From NCBI GenBank assembly GCA_027604505.1, contig JADIIX010000118.1, positions 1-64,000 on the forward strand: 64,000 nucleotides of DNA, given 5' to 3'. Below, piece after piece: positions 39,366 through 52,363 of this stretch. This stretch comes from Gonapodya sp. JEL0774. Its lineage: Eukaryota. The notes under the pieces are model-generated. The model ran no database searches. It was not told the DNA's origin and worked only from the letters and a program-made list of their open reading frames with translations. Numbering within the stretch: position 1 is the first letter of the stretch; the number at the start of each line of letters is the position of its first letter. The position numbers and the translations under genes were made by a program.

Positions 39366-42300
39366 TCAGTTCCCAGCGCTCGCAGCTCCCAAGGACTGCT
39401 GTTGCGCTAGCTCCCAGTATAGACCCTTCTTTCCCATGAGCTCTGAGTGCGTTCCAAATTCTTCAACAAGGCCTGCATTGATCACTGTCGGAATGTTGGG
39501 CTGTGTGAATCGCAGTGATATCGCCAGCCGTGTGACACATCACTCACCGTAAATGCAGTCGGCGTTTTGAATTGAGCTGAGACGGTGGGCAATAACTGCA
39601 AAAGTAAGGAGCGCGGGTTCAGATTCGCATTGCATCGCTCGCACTGGCGTGCGATGTTGAGTTCCAAAACCAAGAGGTTGAAAGCCCACCAATCGTTGTC
39701 CTTCCTTTGCTGGCATCGATTAGAGCAGCTTGAACAATACTCTCTGTTGAAACAACATCATGCGGTCGTTTGTGAATTACCTTCGCAATCACGAACAGTC
39801 CCTGGAACAACGTACCAGATTCCGAGTCAAGTGCAGACGTAGCCTCATCGAGAAGAAGAAATGTCGGGTTACGGATAAGGGCGCGAGCGATTGCAATTCT
39901 TTACGAAGCGAATTGTGCCATAAAATATACCAGGACGCTTGGTCGAATGTCACAATAATAATCACCTTTGCTTTTGACCACCACTTCATTAAGATTGAGT
40001 GAAATCGACGAAGAAGACTTTAACTCGACGGCTAGCGCTTGAGATTCACACGGCTATTTCATCAGCGTAATTACCTCAAGAGTCCACCTGATTCGCCAAC
40101 TGCGGTATTAAATCCATCTTTGAGCTCAGAAACGAAAGTGTAGGCGTTCGCTTGAACTGCTGCAGCCTGGATGAGCTCTTGGGTGACTGTAACACCATCT
40201 GGAAGTCCGTATGCGATGTTCTCAGCGACAGTACCATCGAAGAGGACAGGTTCCTGTCCAACCAGCGCCTGTCTCATTCGCAGAGCTGGAAGATTCCAAT
40301 CCTGGACTTTAGTTCCGTCAACTCTCAAATCACCCGACGTGACGTCATAAAACCTTTCCAAGAGGGCGGTTATGGTGGACTTGCCGCTTCCTGAAGGTCC
40401 CACCAAAGCAACCGTTTGACCTTGCTTGGCTCTAATACTGACTCCTCTGAGGACCGGGTAAGAGTTTCTGAACGGATAAGTGAAGTGGATTTCCGTAGCT
40501 TCAACCGATCCTGTTGTCGGGGGTGTGGCTCCTTCATTTGATGTAGCATCAATAGCAGCGATCCGGTCGATGATTTCAAACACCGCCCCAGCAGAAACCT
40601 GGGCCTTTGACATGGAAGGCGCAAACGCTGCGGCTGCATTCACAGACTTACATTCACGAAACAATTAACTTAGAAATCGAAACGCTACAATGCGCTCACC
40701 TCTTCCTAGAGACATGGCTGTGAAAAGTATTCCAAAGAATACCTGCTGAAGTTGTGAGCCTGTGTACTCTCCACCATAAACAAGGGTGCCGCCTGAATGT
40801 ACATGTAATCGTTAATTCAAATCAATGGGATCAAGCATTAAGAAGAACCTACCGTACCACCATGCGAAACCCATGAACAAAAATTGAATGGAAGCGCTTA
40901 CCCCAGCGGCGAATGACGATAAAATGGCACCTTTAAGCTCTTTCTCGTATGGAGCAACAAGATCCTGGCAATAACGTTTCCAGAACATCTCCTCCTTTGT
41001 AAGCATCGCGACAGTCCGAATTTGAGATATCTTTCAGATGGTGTTGAAGTGCTGAGTGAGCCTTAATCACGAAATGAAGTGGCACGTTATGACACAAACT
41101 GCTTCATTTGCAATATTGTTCGTCTCCAATGTCTCAACTCGAGAAGATGTGCTGAAGAAGGTTGTAGTTCGAGATTGTGCTGCGAATGAAGCCACGAAGA
41201 TCGGGAGAACTGCCACCATCACTAGTGTCAATTTCCAGCCATAAACAAAGGACATCGTTAAACTGTTCGTAAATTGCATGAGTGGATGCCGGAACGAACA
41301 ATGCAATAACAATACAATACACACCCAGCAATAAGAGCTCCGAGAATCTGCAAAGAAGATGTCAAAACATCATTGAAAAGTCCTTTCACTTGCGTTGCAT
41401 CGTCCGCAAGCTTTGCCGTGAGAGCTCCGACGTTATTCCGAGGATCGTCAAAAAATGCAACTGAAACCACAACACAATGAATATCAATGAGCATAGCAGG
41501 AGCGCGGTTGGTATACCTTCTTGCTTGACGAGGGCGTGGAAGAACATGGACCGTAGCCGCAATGTAAACTGCTCTCCTGCTGCAGCCCACGCGCCAATAT
41601 GTGCGGTAAACGCAGTTAGCTGAATGAAGCAGGTAAGTAGAATACGTAGAAATGCGTTCTGTTCAGCGTGCACCACATACCTGAATAACCGCAAACACCA
41701 CATATAAGATTGCATAAAGGCGAGCATCGTCCAGAATCTCCTGACCAATCTTCGAGAATGCCGTAAGCATTCCCGAGATAAGAAGTGACATTATGGGCTG
41801 TTCGGTAGATAAGCAAAACTCGTCAGCGTTTGAATGGGCTTGCGCCTAGTGAACATCATACTTGCCTGTGCCCCACCAGCCACTAAACTCCCTATGGAGC
41901 CGAGGAGCATCCACCGCCAGCTCGGTGAAGCAATAGCGGCTATTCTCCTCCATGGTATCGGGAGTGCAGCATGCTTTTCTCGTTCGATTTTTGCCAATCC
42001 CTGTTGCTCCAGCTCGGCCGCCTCCAAAGCTTTTGCTATGTCCGCTTTTGAGATCTTCTTGACCCCGCTGCCAACAGGATAAGAAACGGAACCACTTTCT
42101 TTTGCTGCGTTGGCTGAGCTGAGTCGCTTCCTTGATGCAGACGGTGGACTTGTCTTGCCAATCGAATGGTCCCCTTCCCAGCCATCGTCATCGTTCTGCA
42201 GTCCACCTTGCTCAGTCTCCTTCAATTCCTGTGTTTCCACTAGGCGAGCATAGGGTCCATTTCGTGAAAGGAGCTCATTGTGCGTGCCTGTTTCAACGAT

Positions 42301-45045
42301 TTCGCCGTGCCTCATCACCACTAAATTGAAGGGCAACGCGATGAATTCCTTATCAACAGTCAGTTTAAGTCAAAGCTAAGCTCACCAATCAAATCTGCAT
42401 TCATAATGGTAGAAAGACGGCTGATTTTGCGTGTTTTGAGGTGATCAGCACCCAAACGCGAAAGAAATGTGGATTTTCCCCGCTACTTACTGAGCAACAG
42501 TAATAGACGTTCGATTGGTGCTCGCCATGTCAATTGCCTTTTGCACAATTTTCTCAGAGGCGGTATCTAGAGCAGATGTCGCTTCATCTACAGGACGTGG
42601 GCAAAATAGAGTAATCGGGGAGTGAGATAGGAGAATCTTCAGCGACTCACCAAACAACAGGACTTTTGGCTCTCCGATAATTGCACGGGCGATCGCAATT
42701 CTCTGCTTTTGCCCTCCACTGAGCATTCCTCCCCGTTGGCCAACCACGGTGTCGAGACCTGCAGGAAGGGTCATCACAAAATCCGCATGTGCCATCTTGA
42801 TTGATTGCAATACTTTTTCTTCCAGTTCCGAAGAGCTGTATTTGCTCGGGTCGGCGATGCCCATGAGAATATTGGCTCGAATGGTACCATCGAAGAGCGC
42901 CGGTTCCTGAGCGACAATCCCAATTTGTTGTCGTAGCCACTTGACGTTCAAAGACTTGAGATCTCTACCGTCCAGTGTGATTACGCCGTCCACGGGGTCG
43001 TAGAATCGAGTGGCAAGTTTGACGATGGTAGACTTGCCCGATCCAGATTCACCAACCAGCGCTACTTTTGTTCCTTTCGGAATGGTGAGGGAGAAGTTTT
43101 GGAGAGTGATCTGGTCTGGTCGTGATCTGATGTAAACGGTGGATCAATAGCCTGTGTTTTGTTGACCGTAGTTCCATCAATATCGTAGAACTCACTTGTA
43201 CGAAAATCTCACGCGTGAAAAAACAATCTCTCCTTCGACGTTACTTGGTCTTTCACCGTCTTCAGTCCAGCTGTCGATCGGACTCACCCGACTTTTTCGT
43301 TAAGAAAATCATCAGACAGCACTCTTAGATCATGTCGGAAGTAACTTACTCCACGACCTGCCAAATTTTGTAAGCAGCACCCTGTGCAATAGCTATCTGA
43401 GAGATATCACTCCCAACCGTGGTGATTGCGAAAAGAGCCGTTTGCTGTATATCCAGAAGTATCAAAAGATGGGGTAAAAGGTTAAAGTCGTCTTTTTGGG
43501 CAGGGGTGGAAATGCTACACCTACCATTGCAAAGAACACGTTGATAGCCTCACCACCGGTGAACGCTCCATTATAAACGAGTATTGCTGCATAGTAGTTA
43601 ACGATGCCTTGTCATTACAAGAAAGCCATGTGAGAAATGCGGTGACGTGACCAGCGATGTGTTAATGAAACCGGGACTCTCCAAAGTGTGCTATCAACTC
43701 ACCGTGCATCACGAACATGGAGAACATTATAGATCCCATTCCTATTCCGGTTGTGAATCCTACTCGCGTACCAAACTTGGCCGCTTCTTCCAGAAGCTTA
43801 TCGTATTTGTGGCGAGACTTGTTGAATCCACTGAAAGAGTGCACAGTCCTCACTCCAGTGAAGACCTGCTGAGCTAAGATGCTGGCTTGGCCAAGCCAAT
43901 TCTGCTGATTTGCGACTGCAGGGGTAAGAAAACTTCCCATTGCCCTCACACAAGCAAGATTGATAGGAATGATTGCTGTGAAGACCAAGGCCTGTTGCGC
44001 GCCGGAGTCACTTGAGCTTGATCATGTTCAGTGTCAGCCTTGGAGAGTTATGTAGCACTCACCATCTTCCATCCTTTGACGTAAGCGATAATGATCCCAG
44101 TGAAGAACTGAGCGATTGCTTGAAAGACGTTGCCAAGCTTCAGAAAGCACATAGAAAGTGAGTTAATTATAGCAAAGTACGACATGCTTCTTCCTCAAGT
44201 CACTCCCAGTTTCCGAACGTACTTTCTCTGCCATGCCAGCCTTTACAAGGCCAGTATCGCTCTGCAGCCTGCTTGTGAGATCACCCGTCATATTTTGATC
44301 AAACCAGCCCACATCTTGACGCAAAATGGCCTTGAAGTACTGCTCCCGGATGGTTTTAAGTTGGCGTTCCGCGCTGACTGTGAGGGCGGCCGATTGAATG
44401 TAGCCAGCGATACCGGATATTGCACCAAAAATGCAATACCAAACAACGGTGGAGTTGATTTGATTCCTGGGGAAACAGGAAGGAAAGCGTTCCAAGACCA
44501 GACGTAATCTCAAATGCCTGAAGTACTCACCGAAAGTTGTCCAATAAGGCCCTTTTCCCCGCTTCGGTTGCCTCTGTGGTGGCAATTTGACCAGGTGCTA
44601 TCCCAATTATAGCTGACACGATTCCGTTGAGCAATAGTGATATCACTGAGAGGCAATTTGCCAACGAGGAAAACATCGAGGAACAGTGTTCAGTGCTCCA
44701 CTCAGGGGGTCGACCACCTTGTTGCGGAAAGGTTGCAAGTACTGGCAAGTGACTCACTAGGCTGCATTGCACCACGAACACCAGACGCACAGATTCCGAG
44801 AAGCAATAGAAACAAATCCAGCCGAGTAGCGAAACGAAAAAGGTGTACAAACGAAACTTTCGGGCTGTGGGCGGAAGAGCATCAGGACCTGCGAGGTGCA
44901 AGAAACCAATGTCGAAGTCAACCTACTCTTCCGGTTTCCCTTTCTTTCTTAGTTTATCAGACTGTCGGTCCTTCCTTGGCATTGCGACGTCAAGATCACT
45001 TTCTGAAGATCCGAGAAGTTTCTTGTCTATGTCGGTTTTGTCCAT
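39366..45045 (-). CDS. MDR1: Full-length ABCB (P-glycoprotein/MDR1-like) transporter, TMD-NBD-TMD-NBD, many introns
   Basis: [45 protein letters not shown]; second half [29 protein letters not shown], spliced [63 protein letters not shown]; stop at 39366. Confidence 0.96.
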
Positions 45046-45424
45046 TGTGTGGCGTTTCACAGTTGCCGAATACGATAAGATTCGAGAAAGAAATCCCACT
45101 CGCTTATAAGCACTAAGCTCAGAACCCTTTGCAAGCGGTTCATTGACGATAAAGCGTTGATGCCACATCACCAACAATTGCGCTGTGGCCTTGATCGGGT
45201 GTCGGGTAAATAAAGTTGATACTGCAGAGCAAAAGGCATCAAGTGGAGGAACGACGTCATCAATCGACTTCTCCAAAGCCAATGTCCAGCCTTCGCTCGA
45301 AATTCCAATGTGTTTGCCTCAAGTGCGAGTGCGAGTGTGCACCCGCTTCAAGAATTTGCCCCAGATGCGGTTTAAAAGGGTATGGGCTCAGGTGAGAGTT
45401 TGATACCTCCCAGTTGCACTTGGA

Positions 45425-46270
45425 ATGTTTGAACCTCGACTCCCGAGAGTCTTTCATCTTCTCCTCCCAAAACAGATGTCCTTCCTTACAGGAATCTTTC
45501 AGGACGGGGGCGGCGGCAGACGTTCTTATCTCCATCATGTCGAGTGTACTGGTATCCCACCACCTGAGGCCGTTTGGAATTCAGTAGCTCTGTCCAAGTC
45601 AGTGAACTCATCGGCCGGTCGTGAGGAGCCATCTCCACTGCAATTCGCCACAAGCTTCCCCATTGACGCGGCTATTGAAGCTGTCATGGCGGCCGCAAGC
45701 GACCTTCGAACTCGTAATGGCGATTCTGATGATAGCTTGGAACAAATTGTGCAGGATGTTTTGCAACCGGGGTCGAGGATTACGGAACAAATGGCTCAGA
45801 CTTCAAACCAGCTACCCGCATCGACAATGCCGGCCGATTCGGTCACAACCACAGCATCCGGGGATCAAGACTTATCGCACCGTAGTGCGAGCCGCCTTCG
45901 GCCTCCTTTCTTGTCCGCCACCAAGTCTCCAGAGCCACCAGAGCCACCAGAGCCACCAAACCCCACCTCAGTAACCTTTCACCGTCATCCCACGGACTCC
46001 TCTTCTCTAGTTCTGTTGCCTGGAGAAATCGTCATCTCTAAAGGGAAGCAGCATGCCCCGTACTTTGCGTTCCCTCTATCACCGTCCCTTTCATGGAATC
46101 ATGCTCTCTCATCCTGGACCCTTTCTTTGTCAAACCTCCCGGAGGATATCTCAACGGGTACTATCCAAGCGACTAATGACCGTGGAGGAGTGTTTGAATT
46201 GCGGTGGAAAGACGGTGGTAAGGAGGTGGGAGGCTGGATTGGGAGACCAGCGTCGTCACCACGTGTTTGA
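45425..46270 (+). CDS. Hypothetical protein with a (PEP)3 linker
   Basis: 281-aa ATG-initiated ORF divergent from the ABC gene; 9-bp tandem repeat at ~45929-45958. Confidence 0.5.
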   Translation: MFEPRLPRVFHLLLPKQMSFLTGIFQDGGGGRRSYLHHVECTGIPPPEAVWNSVALSKSVNSSAGREEPSPLQFATSFPIDAAIEAVMAAASDLRTRNGDSDDSLEQIVQDVLQPGSRITEQMAQTSNQLPASTMPADSVTTTASGDQDLSHRSASRLRPPFLSATKSPEPPEPPEPPNPTSVTFHRHPTDSSSLVLLPGEIVISKGKQHAPYFAFPLSPSLSWNHALSSWTLSLSNLPEDISTGTIQATNDRGGVFELRWKDGGKEVGGWIGRPASSPRV

Positions 46271-46340
46271 GGCGTGAGGGGTTGAGTGATGTGGACAACT
46301 TACAGAACTTATGCAATTCTTGACCATCTGAGCGATTCAG

Positions 46341-48814
46341 ATCCGAAGTCCAGCGAACGTACAGAGTGGAATCGGGCGACGACGGCGACACGGACACGTT
46401 AGGGACTGGAACAGGGTTAGAGTCAGAATCACAGGAGGGGGAAACGGCGACAGAAGCCACTGACGGCGACGAGGAGAGTGACCGATTCTGCGGGTCAGCC
46501 GCCGTCGTTCGCGTCGTTTTCCTCGGATATCGCCAATGTCGTACTCCCTGGCACGGCGCTTCCCGGCAGTCCATCGTCGATCCCGCGACACGCGCGGCAA
46601 TCCTCTGAATGGAGTGATGATGAACTGGCGTCAAATAGAGCCGGGACGTCCCCTCGTCATGCCCAGTCTGCCCAGGTTACTTCACCCAACTCGCCTTCGC
46701 CATACTTTTCTATCAAGCCCTCAATCGAGCAGACGCCGCCGCGCTCATCAACCGACCAGCTCGGTCCCTCAGTTTCACCATCTCCATCACCACAGCGCCG
46801 CTCCATCTACCGCACGTTCTCAGACCACATCCCCAGTCCCCACAATTCCAACCATCCCTCTACCCTCCCTCCCCATTTCTGACCTTCGAAACACCATCAC
46901 CCCGGCACGCACCTCGCTGACCACTGCCACGAACAATAGATTCTCTGCGATCCAATTGACCTACTCAGACATGTCGGACCGAGCGACTCCTTACTTCCAG
47001 TCCGCGTTTGTATTTCTGCTCGCTGCAATCGAATGTGTTTTTGGGCGTCATGCTCTTGACCGTGGAGATGCTCTGGGCAGGGTTCAAGATGACCGGAAAG
47101 GCTGCTTGGAAAGTTCGAGCCACACTGGTCGGAGCGGAACGCAAGTGGCCGCCAAGTGAAGGTGAACTCGGTGTGCAGATCATGCCAAATTCACGTTATC
47201 TGCGTTATTATGTGCTAATGGTGTGAACAACCCTGACCCCATTCAATGTACCAGCCACCTCACCGCCCTCCAGTCCCACCTCTGCACCTACCTCATCGAA
47301 CTCACTGTCCTTGGATCCGTTTTCCTCAAACGTTCTCCGCTCCCGGACCTCGCCTCTGTCGCCGCAGAGCGGGGATTGGAGACGTACAATGGCGTGGAAA
47401 AGAGATACGCGGTGAGAGAGAGGACCGTGGACCTGACGCAGTTGATCGTTAAGTGGGCGCTGTGGGTTGGGAGTGTGGCCGCGACGGCGGGAGTGAAGGT
47501 GCGTATGGAGGCATGGTGCGGTATTCACCCTACACCCCAATCCCCACGATGCTTCGTGAACTCTGAGTCACTGATCCGTGCTCAATCACCACCCCTCTCC
47601 GTCAATACTATCTTCTTCTTCTTCTTCCAACAGGGTGCTCTCGCATACCAACGTGCCCACTCCTGGAACGACAGCGACCGCTGTCTTCTCGCCCGCAGCT
47701 CCTCCCCTCCCACATCCCGCCACTCCTCGCGCTCCGCCCGCCACGCCCCCAAGCGCCGTTTTCGCCGTCCCGCTGACTCACTTTCCGTCTCTGACGGCGA
47801 TGGCGACCTCGTGGCCCGAGTACCCCCGTCGACGTGGTCCGCGACCATCACCCGCACTATCGGGTCCCTCAGGTCGCCTGCCCCAACAGACCCTCGTCAA
47901 AAGATCCATGTATTCCATGTATCTATGGGTGGTCTTGTCTTCTCCACAACGGTCGCGCCCCGCCCGGGTCCACGCTTTCCCTCATGTTCTCTGATTGGAA
48001 CATCAGGCACCTCCCCCTGGACGAGGACGTGGCGTATTCCGTGGACAGGGACGGTGAAGGCAGTTTCGGTACGTGCTGAATTGGTTGCGGGGTGGGGATA
48101 GTCTGGTGGCTGTGGACGATGTGTGGTGGTGAGGGAGGTGGAGAATGGTGGGTTATTCTATCTTTTCGGCTGGGACATGCGGATAGTACTTCAGGAATAA
48201 GTCGAGACAGATTCCAGTTCTCACATTTGACGCAGTTTCCTGTCGTTGACCCGTCCCTTTCTCTTTTCGACAAACGCCCTAAGTACCCCTCCGTCGTCGC
48301 CACCGCCGATCGCCAGCTGCAGCTCCTCCAGACCACACAAGGCAATCACAGATCGGTCAGCCGGGTTTCGTTTTTGGCGGACGCGCCCGCTGGGTTGAGA
48401 TCGGGTATGAGGGACTGGATGCAGTACTTGACGAGTTCGGGATCCGAGGCAGGCAGTGGAGTCAAGGCTGGGGCTAAATGATTTGATGTACGTTGCACGG
48501 GTTCTGTGTTGAAACTGGATCTCCGTGTTCTTGTTGCAGATAGGACGGTTGAACAGGGTGTGGTAGCTGAGTCTCGCCGTTGGCATATGGCATTTGGAGA
48601 TTGGCTCCTCTGGCTGGTGTTTGACATTGATGGCAGACTCTGATCAATTCTTCTCGATACTCATCTTCGTATCTCTGTGTGTCATTGGATTGGACATTGT
48701 GCTTTGGGTTTTCAAGGTGGTGGGGGAGCATTTCGTTTTGTGGGTACCTGCAGGAAATATCAGGTGTCGCTTCACCCGGACATTCATAATGCACGTAATC
48801 TTGTTGGGTCTCGT
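46341..48814 (+). pseudogene. 5'-truncated, frameshifted inverted duplicate of the BTB gene at 1084-3529, including introns and 3' flank
   Basis: Colinear nucleotide similarity to the reverse complement of ~735-3468; no start codon region, ~200 bp internal deletion near 46677, several frameshifts. Confidence 0.93.
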
Positions 48815-49332
48815 GGACGGAATTTGCGGACTCATACAATGAGGTGGGAGATGAATTATCACACAAGAACTCTCTTACTGCTGCAGTTTCGATGACCAAA
48901 GAATATTTATTTGTCTTTCAAAAGCGCAACACAATCATTCTTCGGGATAGCCTGTCCAAGGATCCTCCTCCAAAGCAACCCCGGAACTCTCTGCTGGTAC
49001 CGGGTTTCGACGCATCGAGGAACATCCAGGAGGTGAATGAAGATGCCATTTCGGTCGATCTCATGAGATATCTCATGGATCTGCGGAGTGCGTTTGAGGG
49101 GGACGAGAAGAACCCTGACGGGAGTGTGGCGGACATTCGCGCTTTTATGGAGCATCATGTGTTCTGTGACCCAAATGACAATCAAGAGTATACAGTATCT
49201 GTGCAACGCAAGGAAAAGATTCTCAGTCCCTATCACCACTTAAAAGTGCACCATCGTGATGGAAACTGGGCACACAAAGGGAAACTTGTTGGAACGAATG
49301 AGTCCGGGGAGTTTGGTGGCGGCGGCGGGGTA

Positions 49333-50574
49333 GAGGGACTGCACAAAATATCCGGCATGTGCATCGTCACTTCGGTACCGGTTTTTCAAACCGAAACAGC
49401 GGCCGGAAAATGTCCCTAATGAGCTTAAGACTTCTATGTTCATATTTCAATACATCAGAAGTATTACTGTGGGGAGTCAGTGGGTGATCCAATTCTTTTC
49501 GCTTGAAATGAACTTGATGTGCTCCAGTCGTGCGCAGAACCTGTATTTTCTCTCTGTGAAGGTGTATTTGCTGTGGTATCCCACTAGCAAAATAAGGGAA
49601 TTGTCACAAGTGAAGAGAGGGCATATTCACCGGTTGCCGCGCCAGCACGCCGGTGACCGTACGTGTACGGGAAACAGCACCGACCACGGACCACCACAGA
49701 GCAGAATATCTCATTCCAGATTCTCTCAATGTCAAGGAATATGGGGATCAGTGATAATTCGTTTCAGTTAGTGCAGATTTGAGATCTGCCGACAAATTCT
49801 CTCAAATGATTCCTCGTTCTATAATCACATCAACCAAGTTAATTGCTTGAACATGGGAATGTCGAAAGTCCGTCATGGGCACAAGACAATTGCCCCTCTA
49901 TGAAACAGACCACGGTGGTGCCCGGTGGCTTGTTGGCACATCACACTTCTGTTGCACGAAACGGCTATTTCGTACCAACAATAACCAGTTGATCTGAGCT
50001 GCACAACACATATTGACTCTTCGTTAATGAAGGACAAACAACGTACTGGATAGTTCAAATTTGATCACTACCAGGCACCGGGAGACTGCGCCTTGAACAT
50101 GTCCTCGTCCCAACTCCCAAGACACCTTTCACGTCACATCAGCCGCTTACCCCCGCTCCTCCTGTGCAGAATACATTCCCTTCAACCTGCCCAGTGACGC
50201 GCTCATATCCTGTCAGACACTGGAGAAGGCTCTCCGTGTTTTCAGAGGCGACAATCAAAGTTTGGGTCCAGAGTGAATCCAATCACCCTGTGAGGCCGCA
50301 GAACCACATTTCTGGTCTTTACAGCTTTGTGAAGCCATACAGTCGGGTAATAGGAGCTTTTGCAAATGTTCTGCACACAACCAGAGGGCCTGAGTGCATT
50401 TCGAGCGGTAAGAATTGGATCGACCAGTGACGCCCCACAGTAATTTTTCTGATGTATTGAAATCGGAAAATAGAAGTCCTAAGCTCATTAGGGGCATTTT
50501 CCGGCCGCTGTTTCGGTTTGAAAAACCGGTACCGAAGTGACGATGCACGTGCCGGATATTTTGTGTTGTCCCTC
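49333..50574. mobile_element. Candidate non-autonomous DNA transposon or foldback element with ~200 bp imperfect terminal inverted repeats
   Basis: ~49333-49540 is the reverse complement of ~50370-50574 (CACAAAATATCCGGCAYGTGCATCGTCACTTCGGTACCGGTTTTTCAAACCGAAACAGCGGCCGGAAAATG); identity falls off inward; no transposase or clear target-site duplication. Confidence 0.6.
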
Positions 50575-52363
50575 CCCGCACATCAACTCTTGCCTCGATT
50601 CGTCTTGAGCTATTATGCGGTACACCCCCATCCACCACACTATAACGTTGTGGAAACCTCGTATTTCAGAGCCGACGACAAAATTACTTGATTGCGGAAC
50701 TTCCTGCGTATTCAATGTCGAGTCGCGAACGCCAGAATCGAGGATGGATTGGGAGCTAAATACTGGTGAACGCGGCGATTGGCGCGATCGGGGGACAACC
50801 ATCTTACACAATGGATAGTCCAGACATGGTCGATGAATTTCATTGACTTCGCCCGGGGACGTTTTCGGTGAGGCCAACATGATGGTGGTTCGTGGTGTCT
50901 CGTTGGTCACTCCTATCTCACTCAACCGTAGTTCTGAAGCCTGCGACATGTTTACATAATAATCAATTCATGTCATCTACATGCTCCAAACTGATAATTC
51001 CAACAAAATCTATTGCGCTTCCTTCTCCGACACCTTCATGAACGCCTGCCATCCGCACAACCTACCAAACTGCTGCTCTTGGGATCGTGCGAGCCCATTT
51101 AACTACGAAGCAAAGTGAGGTGATGGCTCGTCGCGCAGAGCTCATATCTCGACGCGCATCTATTGCAATATCAGTTTTGCTTACTACTCGATTCTTTCTA
51201 AGTTTTGCCCGTCTGCATTGCCAAGTCATCCACTCCCTCCCTCGACATCATTCCAACCTTCCCCACACCAGCTCCATCCTCTCTCCTTCAACTCTGTTCT
51301 CGCCGCACCCATCCTAGCCGCCACCACTCCACCCTCCGCGGCTCCATCTCACCTTCGCTCTTCCCTTCCCAAGACACCACCGAACCCCATCTCCGTCTCC
51401 CTACTCGTACCTCCACCACCTCCACCTCTACCGACCAGTTTGCAGCTCTCAGCCGCCAGCGCTTGCTTCGAGCTCCCCGTCGACCTTGCGGTGTATATCA
51501 CAGGGAAGGGAGTAGTGGTGCGCGCGATCCGAGTAGCCGTGGTAGTGGTACAGGGAAGAACGGCGATGTGGACGACTCTGGATTGGTCGACTTTTCAGAC
51601 ACGGAGTGGTCGACGTCCGTACAACACCAGGTCAAGCCCAATCGCGGCCCCAGGTTGTCTCTCGACCCGGCAGGGGACTCCACCGGGTCCGCCCCATCGC
51701 CACCTAATCCGACATTAACTCCAAATCTGCCAGTACCGTGCCTTGTCAGACGAGCGGTTGCGGCAAGAGGACGAGCGACAGCTCCGTCGAGGGACTGCTC
51801 GAGGAGAGCACGTGACCAGGGAGTCAAACGACTTCGAGTGCGGCACTACGGACCATCTAGACTCGACCACGGGGCATTGAGCAAGAACTGGACGCGGTTG
51901 CGGGTGAGAGCAGAGGGTGATACGGGTTGGGACAGCGGTTCGAAGACGCGAGAACGACAGGGACACGTCCAGGGACCCGAGCAGCAAGGTGGTTCCGGCC
52001 TGGTCTCGTCGATCTATGACGGTCCCTCAGGTCATTCAATGCAGGACAGGGCTGCAGATGAAGTAGACCAAGTCACGTTTGAACCCTGTCTGGATCCAGG
52101 CACATTCAGATTCCCCCACAACCACATGAGCTCATACCTCGGCGCGTCATGTTAACCCCGTTTCCAGTCGCGGCCATCCAAATCTCACCACTTTAGACTC
52201 TCGTGCCACCTCGTACTGCACCTCCTTGTTGAGTGTGGTTGTGCATGATTGCGCAAGTCTTCAGGTTCCGATCTTCCAGGGCAGAGCACTCTTATTAAAA
52301 TGGGGACAGGGGACTGTACCAGGCTGGCCAGTTTGGGTGACTTTAAAATTGTATTCAGAGCCT

